Shown piece after piece: positions 27,003 through 34,116 of a DNA stretch of 34,116 bases. Made by a program: the position numbers and the translations under genes. The notes under the pieces are model-generated. The model was given only the letters and a program-made list of their open reading frames with translations, searched no databases and was not told the origin of the DNA. Source of the stretch: Chthonomonadaceae bacterium (lineage in GTDB: Bacteria > Armatimonadota > Chthonomonadetes > Chthonomonadales > Chthonomonadaceae); contig DASRGZ010000127.1 of assembly GCA_035650735.1 (NCBI GenBank), positions 1 through 34,116 on the forward strand, written 5' to 3'. Within the stretch, counting starts at the first letter, position 1. Every line of letters begins with the position of its first letter.

Positions 27003-28196
27003 TCACGGATGCTGAATGGTCGTCACGTACTTGAACTCGCGCCCTCTGATCTGGAGAATGACGGCGGGCTTCTCGGCGTTGCGCTCCGAGTTAATGGTGA
27101 TGGTGCCCGTGACGCCCTTAAAGTTTTGCGTGTGGGCCAGCGCATCCCGAATGGCGGGGCCATCCAGCGAATCGGCTCGCTTCATCGCATCGGCCAGGAT
27201 ATTCATGGCATCATAGCCCAGCGCCGCCAGCGCGCCCGGCTTGCCTCCATACTTCTTCTGATAGGCGCTCACGAACGCCTGCACCGTCGGATCGGGCTGA
27301 TCCACGGCCATGTGGTCGCTGAAGTAGCAGCCTTCCAGGGCGTTGCCCGCCGTCACGAAGATGTCCTGCGAGTCCCAACCGTCGCCGCCCAGGAGCGGCA
27401 CCGTAATGCCCAGCTCCCGCGCCTGCTTTGCGATTGCGCCCACGCTCTTATAGTAGCCGGGCACCAGGATCGCCTCCGGTCTGGCGGCTTGGATTTTGGT
27501 TAGCTGGCCCTTGAAGTCCGTATCGGTGCCGGCATAGGCGGCTTCGGCCACGATCGTGCCGCCCATCTGGGTGAAGTTCTTCTTGAACTCCTCGCCGAAG
27601 TCTTTGCTGTAGGCGCTGTCGTTCTGGACGAAGATGGCGGCGTTGTTGACCTTCAGATTATCGTGGGCAAACTTGGCGACGACGTAGGCCTGGAACGGGT
27701 CAATAAAGCAGACGCGGAAGATATAGTCCCCCACCTGCGTCACCTTGACGTTGGTAGAGGAGGGCGTCACCATCGGGACGTGGTTGCTCTGGCAGATCGG
27801 CGCGGCGGCCAGGCTCAGGCTGCTGGCCACCTCGCCGACGACGGCCACGACCTTATCGTTGGTGATCAGCTTGGTCACGGCGCTGGCCGCCTTAGCCGGA
27901 TCGCCCTCGTCGTTTTCCAGATGGATGGCGATTTTCTTGCCTTTGACGCCGCCGCTGCCGTTGATCTGATCCACGGCCAGGCTGAGGCCCTCGTTGGTCT
28001 GCTTGCCAAAGTCGGCCTCGCTTCCCGTCATGGAAAGATAGGAGCCAATCGGGATGGTATCTCCGGTCACCACGTTGCCGCGGCCCCCGCCGCCGCCTGT
28101 GCCGCCTCCGCCCGCGCCGCCGGTGGTATTGCATGCGGGAAGCAAGGCAAACACAGCCAGCAGTGCGCCCGCCAGCCAGCGTTTTGGAAAGTGCAT
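27003..28196 (-). CDS. LIV-type ABC substrate-binding lipoprotein
   Basis: Lipobox LPAC, Gly-rich linker, GEVASS, YIFRVCFIDPFQ, LGGDGWDS, GYDA, FKGVTG. Confidence 0.92.
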   Translation of the reverse strand: MHFPKRWLAGALLAVFALLPACNTTGGAGGGGTGGGGGRGNVVTGDTIPIGSYLSMTGSEADFGKQTNEGLSLAVDQINGSGGVKGKKIAIHLENDEGDPAKAASAVTKLITNDKVVAVVGEVASSLSLAAAPICQSNHVPMVTPSSTNVKVTQVGDYIFRVCFIDPFQAYVVAKFAHDNLKVNNAAIFVQNDSAYSKDFGEEFKKNFTQMGGTIVAEAAYAGTDTDFKGQLTKIQAARPEAILVPGYYKSVGAIAKQARELGITVPLLGGDGWDSQDIFVTAGNALEGCYFSDHMAVDQPDPTVQAFVSAYQKKYGGKPGALAALGYDAMNILADAMKRADSLDGPAIRDALAHTQNFKGVTGTITINSERNAEKPAVILQIRGREFKYVTTIQHP

Positions 28197-28200
28197 GGAA

Positions 28201-29058
28201 CTATCCCCCCTGAGAGTCCTGAGAATGCGGTGCGTGGGCGGCAGCCGCCGCGATGTGGGCCGGCGTGGTGCCGCAGCAGCCGCCGACGATGTTGGCGCCC
28301 GCCGCAAACAACTGCCCCGCGATCCGGGCGTACTCCTCCGGGCCAACGGGATAAACCCAGCGTCCTTGTGCATCGGAGACGGGCAGCCCGGCGCTCGGCT
28401 GCAAGAGGAGGGGCGCATCGGTTGCGGCGCGCATCCGGGCGGCAATCTCGACAAAGGCGGCGGGCGTTTCGCCGCAGTTGCCGCCGACGACATCGGCGCC
28501 GGCCTTCCGAAGCGCGCGTGCCGCCTCTTCCGGCGTCGTTCCGTCCGGCATTCGGCCATGGGCGCCAAAGTGACACGTCACCGCCAGCAGGTCCAGCGGC
28601 AGCTCGCGGGCGGCCTGCGCCGCCGCCAGGGCCGTTTCCAGCCCGGTGCAGGTTTCGATCAGCAGCGCGCCCGGCCAGTGCGGGACGTGCTCCGCCAGGA
28701 AGCGCAGGGTCTCGCGTTCGGCCTGGACCAGCCCCGGCACCAGAGACACCCATACGCCCACATCCTGCGGGCTCTCCCGGGCCGCGCAGACGCCCAGGCC
28801 GATCCCGGCGCGCAGGGCCTGCGCCCAATCGTCGCCGGTGCGCAGGCCGAAGGTGTTACAGGTGAGAATGCACGCCCCGGCCCGCAGATACCGGTCATGG
28901 ATGGCGCGCACCGCCTCCGGCAGGCCGATATTGGCGCGCAGCGTGTCTTCCGGCGCGACGCCATAGCGAATCAGCTCGGAACCCATGCCGCCGTCGGCCA
29001 GAAAGCGCTCGCCGGCGCGCAGGCGTTCCCTCAATTCCCGCGCGGGTTGTAAGGGCAT
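28201..29058 (-). CDS. Homocysteine S-methyltransferase family protein (stand-alone MetH N-domain/BHMT-like)
   Basis: LADGGMGSEL, IH..YL.AGA, GGNCG, PSAGLP, IVGGCCGTTPAHI. Confidence 0.88.
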   Translation of the reverse strand: MPLQPARELRERLRAGERFLADGGMGSELIRYGVAPEDTLRANIGLPEAVRAIHDRYLRAGACILTCNTFGLRTGDDWAQALRAGIGLGVCAARESPQDVGVWVSLVPGLVQAERETLRFLAEHVPHWPGALLIETCTGLETALAAAQAARELPLDLLAVTCHFGAHGRMPDGTTPEEAARALRKAGADVVGGNCGETPAAFVEIAARMRAATDAPLLLQPSAGLPVSDAQGRWVYPVGPEEYARIAGQLFAAGANIVGGCCGTTPAHIAAAAAHAPHSQDSQGG

Positions 29059-29132
29059 AGCGGTACTACAGATTTCCTCCCGGTGCTATCGAACGAGATG
29101 CCCTGTGCCGTGAGTTGATTGACATAGCGGTA

Positions 29133-29534
29133 CTATAGGTTTCCTTCCAGCAGCGCCTGGCACACTTCCACCCGACTCAGCATGCCGACGATCTGGCCAT
29201 CTTCGGCCAGCACCGGCAGGCGCTTGAGGTGGCGCGTCCGCATCAGCTCGGCTACCGCGCGCACCTCCATCGTCTCCGGCACGGAGAGGGCCGGGCTGGT
29301 CATAAAATCGCCCACGCGCAGCTCTTCCGGTCGCGCTATCGGCGCCGCGACCGCATCGGCAAACAGCGCGCGAAAGACGTCGCCTTCCATCAGCATACCG
29401 ACCAGGCGACCCGTCTCATCCACGACCGGCAGGCCGTTGACCTGGTAGAGGTCCATCATATCTACCGCCTCCAGCAGGGTGGCGTCCGGCGTGGTTTTGA
29501 CGATATGGCTTCGCATCAGTTCCAGCGCGCGCAT
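29133..29534 (-). CDS. CBS domain pair protein
   Basis: GLPVVD..GRLVG, VGDFMT, KRLPV...GQIVGMLSR. Confidence 0.9.
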   Translation of the reverse strand: MRALELMRSHIVKTTPDATLLEAVDMMDLYQVNGLPVVDETGRLVGMLMEGDVFRALFADAVAAPIARPEELRVGDFMTSPALSVPETMEVRAVAELMRTRHLKRLPVLAEDGQIVGMLSRVEVCQALLEGNL

Positions 29535-29556
29535 AACGGCGTCCCCTCATCGCATG

Positions 29557-29584
29557 ACTATACAATTGTACCTTGTGCAGGCAA
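29557..29584 (-). promoter_or_regulatory. Candidate sigma70 promoter for the CBS-HMT-liv-gcv operon
   Basis: TTGCCT-16 bp-TATAGT, overlapped by the palindrome TACAATTGTA. Confidence 0.5.
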
Positions 29585-29763
29585 ATTCCTGCCTGGCCCC
29601 CACCCCGGCCTGCGGCCACCCACTGCCAAGGTCGGACCTGCAACGGACTGCCATGGTTGGGCCCCTGCTCGGGTCGGCGCTGCCATGGTTCGCGCCTCCG
29701 CCTAGCCACACCTGGCCACAGCCCTCCGCCTGGCGACATGGCTCCGCCTTGCGATCCACGCTG

Positions 29764-29898
29764 CGGGAGAGGGGGAACGGAGAAGCCTTGTTCTCCCCTC
29801 CTCCCCGGCCCTTCTCCCTGCTAGGGAGAAGGGGGAGGAGAAGTCAACTCTGACTCCCCTCTCCCACAGCGTGGGAGAGGGGGACAGGGGGTGAGGGC
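29764..29898. repeat. Cluster of CCCTCTCCC/GGGAGAGGG REP-like palindromes
   Basis: cccttctccct-gct-agggagaaggg (29809-29833) and cccctctcccac-agc-gtgggagagggg (29856-29882). Confidence 0.75.
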
Positions 29899-32246
29899 CT
29901 CAAACGGAGGGCTGCGCCCGCGATGGCCGTCAGCGCGCCGCAGGCAAGCAGCGTCAGGTAGAGGCCGAGGCGCAGCCCGTCCGGCGCATATACCAGGCGC
30001 ACCTGATGCGTCCCCGGAGGCAGCAAGAGGCCCATCAGCGCGCCATCAGCCCGCAGCAGGCGGGCGGGGCGCCCGTCCACCGTCGCTTTCCACCCGGGAT
30101 AGGCGGTTGCCGCGACCACCAGAAAGCCCGGCGCCGCGCCCGCGTTCGCGTGGAGATGCAGGACGCCCGCTGCGCGTGCGGTTATCTGGATCGGCGGCGC
30201 AGGCGGGATATCGCTCCCCCACCCTAGTTCATTCACGCTCCGGTCCGTGCCCGCGGAGACAATCGCCACCTCCCGCGGATCGAAGTCCGGGGCCGCCAGC
30301 GCCGCCAGTATTCGCTGCCTCCCTTCGACATGGCGCGTGCGCCGCACGATCCAGGCGCGCGGTGTGGCATCCAGGTTGCGCCAGGCGCGCAGGTTACGCA
30401 GCGGTTGGGAGGCCGAGGGAGGCAGCAGGCGCGGATCGGCCACGCGCAGGCTCCTGGGCAGCGCCAGCGTCGTCGCGTTCAGCAACGCCATGAGGCGCGA
30501 TAGGTTCGGCTCGCCGCGCCGGTAGGCGGCGCGCGCCAGCCCTTCGACTGATACGGCTGCATCTATCGGAACCGGCTCGTAGCCGGAGGCCATCTCCAGT
30601 CCAAAGCGCATCGGGAGGTTGGGCATCAGCGTCGCCGTCTCCTCTGCGACAAAGCGCGGATCGGCGGGGCCGTAGTCCCGATACCCTTCGGTGATATAGC
30701 GTTTCCAGAAAAGGTCCTGACCGGGCAGGTAGAGCCGGCCGAAGCCCATCTGCGGGCGCAGCGCGCTCGCGGCGGCAGGGCGAGACGCCAGGGCAGCGGG
30801 CGGCGTGGCCGGGTTCCAGTCCTGCCCATACCACCAGAGAGGCGCGGCGATCAGCGCCAGCGCCGTCAGGCCTACGAGAGAAGAGCGCCGGCGCACCTGC
30901 GCCAGCCAGGCATCCAGCCCTGCCGCCGTCAGGGCGGCGAAGGCCAGCGTGGTCACAAATAAGAAACGGGCCGGATCGTGGAATTCGGAGAGGCCCGGCA
31001 CCACCCAGAAGGCCAGGGTAAACAGCCCGCCATCCCGCCCCAACGCCAGCCAGAGGCTTCCCAGCGCGACCACGATCCAGAAGCGCACCCAGCGCTGCCG
31101 AATACAGCGCGCCGCCACATACCCGATCAGCAACAGCGGAAGCCAGCCGACGAAGAGGGCTGGCTCCCAGGCGTTGCCCCCGCCCCAGTAGTCGCCGCTG
31201 GCGGGATGGCCGAAGAAGCGCGGGGCGATCAAAGTGAGCAGTTGGCGAAGCTCCAGCACAAACCGGTTCGCCTCGGCCACCGTCATGCGCTCGCGCACGC
31301 TCTCGTGGGCCAGTTGCAGCGCGGGCAGCAGATGGGCCGACGCCAGCAGCAGCCCGAGGCCGCCGGAGGCGAGCAGCCATAGCGCCGCCGGAACCGGCGA
31401 GGTACTGCCCGGCTCTGCGGCCTGTCTCCGATAGGCAGCGAGCAGACGTGCCCCGGCGTAGAGGACGGCGCCGGCAAAGATCAGATAGGCCATCTGGGCA
31501 TGGGCGGCGAACAGCGTCAGCCCGACGACAATTGCGGTCGCGGCTCCGGTCCACGGCCCCGGCCTCTCCACGCACGCATCCACGCAGGCCAGCAGCAGCG
31601 GGAAGTACGGCGCGGTCTGGATCATCGGCGGAAACTGGATGCGCCCGACCAGGCTCGCGCTGCCCATGTAGACCAGCGCGCCGGAGAGCGCCGCCGCGCG
31701 CCGGTGCGTCCAGCGCCGCAGGAAGAGATACGCGAACGTCCCGCACAGAAACAGGTGCACGATGGTGTTGAGACTCAGGAACAGCCAGACGGGAACCAGG
31801 GGCAGTAACGCCGTCGTGGGATAGAAGAGGGCACTTTGTGGATTGCCCACGTAGGGCTGGCCGCACAGCACATAGGGGTTCCAGAGCGGAAGACGCCCCT
31901 GCCGCAGCGACTCGCTGGCAAAGCCCAGCATCACATGGAAATAGAGCAGGATATCCCCCCAATAGAGGCTGCGCCCGAGACAGAGAGGCCAGAGCAGCGC
32001 CGCCGCGAAGAGCAGCAGCGCCACATAGGGACCGAACTGCCGCGTCAGGGCGGAGGGAACCGGTCGGAACGGTATCAGAGTGCCGAGCGCCGGTTCCACA
32101 AGCGGGCGCGCGCTATCCGGCGCCTCGATCACCGGAGGACCGGAGGCTATCGGCTGCACAGGGCACGCGACATCAGCAGCAGAAGGTTTTCTATGCAAGA
32201 CAGACCTTTGCCAACGCCCGACGCTCCCGCGCAGATCGTCCCCCAT
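29844..32246 (-). CDS. YfhO family membrane protein (GT-C fold); true start probably further into the ORF
   Basis: PLWNPY..CGQP..GNPQ...FYP, PARF, AYPGWKATVDG, LPPGTHQVRLVY.P. Confidence 0.85.
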   Translation of the reverse strand: MGDDLRGSVGRWQRSVLHRKPSAADVACPVQPIASGPPVIEAPDSARPLVEPALGTLIPFRPVPSALTRQFGPYVALLLFAAALLWPLCLGRSLYWGDILLYFHVMLGFASESLRQGRLPLWNPYVLCGQPYVGNPQSALFYPTTALLPLVPVWLFLSLNTIVHLFLCGTFAYLFLRRWTHRRAAALSGALVYMGSASLVGRIQFPPMIQTAPYFPLLLACVDACVERPGPWTGAATAIVVGLTLFAAHAQMAYLIFAGAVLYAGARLLAAYRRQAAEPGSTSPVPAALWLLASGGLGLLLASAHLLPALQLAHESVRERMTVAEANRFVLELRQLLTLIAPRFFGHPASGDYWGGGNAWEPALFVGWLPLLLIGYVAARCIRQRWVRFWIVVALGSLWLALGRDGGLFTLAFWVVPGLSEFHDPARFLFVTTLAFAALTAAGLDAWLAQVRRRSSLVGLTALALIAAPLWWYGQDWNPATPPAALASRPAAASALRPQMGFGRLYLPGQDLFWKRYITEGYRDYGPADPRFVAEETATLMPNLPMRFGLEMASGYEPVPIDAAVSVEGLARAAYRRGEPNLSRLMALLNATTLALPRSLRVADPRLLPPSASQPLRNLRAWRNLDATPRAWIVRRTRHVEGRQRILAALAAPDFDPREVAIVSAGTDRSVNELGWGSDIPPAPPIQITARAAGVLHLHANAGAAPGFLVVAATAYPGWKATVDGRPARLLRADGALMGLLLPPGTHQVRLVYAPDGLRLGLYLTLLACGALTAIAGAALRLRPSPPVPLSHAVGEGSQS

Positions 32247-32295
32247 CCCCTACTTACCGGCGCATTCGGTTTTTCTGGTTGGAGGAGGGATTCGC

Positions 32296-32325
32296 TTGCG
32301 CCGGGCCGCCGTTTGCGAGTAGAAT
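32296..32325 (+). promoter_or_regulatory. Candidate sigma70 promoter (rightward)
   Basis: TTGCGC-18 bp-TAGAAT. Confidence 0.45.
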
Positions 32326-32398
32326 GCCAGATGGGAATATGCGTCACTCAAACGGTCTGGCCTGGCCCACTAGAAAGAGACAGGCATGGAACACGGGC

Positions 32399-32428
32399 AG
32401 TGTAGCACGCGCCTTCTGCCTTTGTCAA
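32399..32428 (-). promoter_or_regulatory. Candidate sigma70 promoter (leftward, YfhO gene)
   Basis: TTGACA-18 bp-TACACT with extended TG. Confidence 0.6.
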
Positions 32429-32474
32429 GCGGAGGAGGCGCAGGCCACAGGGTCGGGACGGTAAGGAGGTTGTC

Positions 32475-32759
32475 ATGCAATCCCTGACTGCTTTTCCGAG
32501 ATTAAGCTTTGAGTGGCGCTACAATTTTTTCAACACGGCCTTTGTCATTAAAGACGGTAGCGGAAACGACTTACTATCTTTCACCTCCATCACAGGAGCC
32601 GCCAAGAACCAGCCGTACTCCTGTGGGGCAACGATGGAATTTAAGGTGCCAGCGGAAGCGCTGGCGGAAGTGGCATTCCTCGCGCTGGCAGGGTGGTATA
32701 CCCTTCTGCCTGCCATCCAGAGTTTCGATGGAGACGGCGGTGTTATAACGTCCCATTGA
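32475..32759 (+). CDS. Hypothetical protein, possibly a truncated fragment
   Basis: Perfect TAAGGAGGT RBS; 94 aa; lower GC than its neighbours. Confidence 0.55.
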   Translation: MQSLTAFPRLSFEWRYNFFNTAFVIKDGSGNDLLSFTSITGAAKNQPYSCGATMEFKVPAEALAEVAFLALAGWYTLLPAIQSFDGDGGVITSH

Positions 32760-32850
32760 GCTCGTTGACGAGGGTGAGGCTGACGGCGGGCGTGCCGTAG
32801 ATGTCATGTTGGAGAGCCGTAGGAAGAAGGAGAAGGAAACGGACGGCAGG

Positions 32851-33618
32851 ATGGAAGGACATATTGCGATTATTGGCGGCACCGGACTGGAGGAGTTGCC
32901 GCCGGAAATATTCGTCGAGCCGATCCAGATCGAGACACGCTTCGGGCTGGCCCGTGTGCTGAGCGCGTCCTACAACTACGTGGAACCGTACAAGCTGTAC
33001 TTTCTAGCACGGCACGGCGCGGCGCACGGTTTGGCGCCGCATCAGATCAACTACCGGGCCAATATCGCGGCGCTAGTAGCGCTTGGCGTGCGTTATGTGT
33101 TTGCGACCAACGCCGTCGGGTCATTGCGGCCCGACCTTGTGCCGGGCACGCTGGTGCTGCTGCACGATTTTATTGACTTCACCCGGAGCCGTCCCCTCAC
33201 CTATTTTGCCGAGGGCGAGACCTGGCAGCATACCGATTTCTCGGTCCCCTATAGCCCGCGCCTGCGGACTGCGGTTCTGGAGGCGGCGCGGAAGCTGGGG
33301 ATCGCCCTCGCGGAGCGCGGTGTCTATCTCTGCTGCGACGGGCCGCGATTCGAGACGCCCGCCGAAATTCGCCTTTTCGGCCAGTGGGGCGCTGATGTCA
33401 TCGGCATGACGGGCTTACCGGAAGCGATTTTTGCGCGGGAGGCGGGCCTAGAGTATGCGGCGGTCGCCATCGTGACTAACTTCGGCGCTGGGATCACGAA
33501 CCTGCCGGTGGATCATCTTGCCGTGGTGGAAGCGATGCGCGCTACCGGCGCCCTGGTCCGAGAACTGCTGATGGAAGCAAGCGGTATTCTGGTCGAAGAG
33601 CTAGCCTCGAACCGATAA
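32851..33618 (+). CDS. mtnP: Methylthioadenosine/purine nucleoside phosphorylase (MTAP family)
   Basis: IAIIGGTG, FLARHG..H...PHQINYRANI, AVGSL, GPRFETPAE, GMT..PEA..AREAGL. Confidence 0.88.
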   Translation: MEGHIAIIGGTGLEELPPEIFVEPIQIETRFGLARVLSASYNYVEPYKLYFLARHGAAHGLAPHQINYRANIAALVALGVRYVFATNAVGSLRPDLVPGTLVLLHDFIDFTRSRPLTYFAEGETWQHTDFSVPYSPRLRTAVLEAARKLGIALAERGVYLCCDGPRFETPAEIRLFGQWGADVIGMTGLPEAIFAREAGLEYAAVAIVTNFGAGITNLPVDHLAVVEAMRATGALVRELLMEASGILVEELASNR

Positions 33619-33781
33619 CCTTCAGTGCTTTCGCGCCCTCACGCCAAACATGACCGCAGGCTTGTCCCCCAATTTGCCAAGGCAAATTAGCGCAATGGCC
33701 TGGCATCAGCTTTCCTTATCCATTTTTCTTATCCATACGTCCGATAATGTTTGATTGAGACTAGCAAATCTGCCGGGAAAG

Positions 33782-33817
33782 GTTTTTGTGGAGCGCGCTA
33801 GCGCGCTCCACAAAAAC
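33782..33817. repeat. Perfect 36-bp palindrome between convergent genes
   Basis: gtttttgtggagcgcgct|agcgcgctccacaaaaac. Confidence 0.9.
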
Positions 33818-33869
33818 GCGCGGGCCGCCACGCGGCCCGCGCTCTCGTCTTCCTTTATCCAATCGGCGT

Positions 33870-34115
33870 CTAGCGGCGACGGTCGTTGATATAGTTCACC
33901 AGCGACTCCGCGGCCTGCCTGTCCCGCAACGGCCCGATCTCCCAATCGTTGCGGTCCAGGATCATCTTGATGCGCCCCGCCGTAATCACCGTGTTGTTTA
34001 ACACAAAGACCAGGTGCTCGTTGAGGTGGTTATGTGACCACTGGAAGAACCGTGACCGGCCCTCATCCGTCAGCCCCAGATGGACGGTGTACGTTTTGGA
34101 GCCAAGCAGCGGCTC
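33870..34115 (-). CDS. 3' end of a protein with a SecDF P1 head-like domain (partial)
   Basis: Own translation ...YTVHLGLTDEGRSRFFQWSHNHLNEHLVFVLNNTVITAGRI...AAESLVNYINDRRR*; no TM helices follow. Confidence 0.6.
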   Translation of the reverse strand, partial: EPLLGSKTYTVHLGLTDEGRSRFFQWSHNHLNEHLVFVLNNTVITAGRIKMILDRNDWEIGPLRDRQAAESLVNYINDRRR

Positions 34116-34116
34116 A

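Overview
GC-rich bacterial chromosomal window, mostly housekeeping; an Armatimonadota-like origin is my impression only. Plus strand: dacB 3' end, Zn-dependent dehydrogenase, kdsC, Zn-ribbon protein, metallophosphoesterase, two GT-C membrane glycosyltransferases, a hypothetical protein, guaA, hpt, rho and DUF151. Minus strand: YfhO, CBS protein, homocysteine methyltransferase, livK/H/M-G/F, DUF2993, gcvT/H/PA/PB, lipoate ligase family gene, receiver-only response regulator. The window ends with mtnP and a partial SecDF-head-like gene. There are no cas genes, rRNA or tRNA. Main oddities: (1) two orphan type I-E CRISPR-like mini-arrays in the sense strand of mRNAs, one with its own near-consensus promoter and mutually complementary TAGGGTTC-repeat 'spacers'; (2) three copies of a dif XerC-arm-like motif ACGTCCGATAAT in AT-rich patches; (3) a stand-alone protein resembling a recombinase core-binding domain; (4) a transmembrane hairpin inserted in the LivG ATPase; (5) gene-junction duplications with 61-67 bp period; (6) an ECF sigma / anti-sigma / pilT deletion relic; (7) several families of REP-like palindromic repeats. 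All assignments come from reading motifs by eye; no searches were run.
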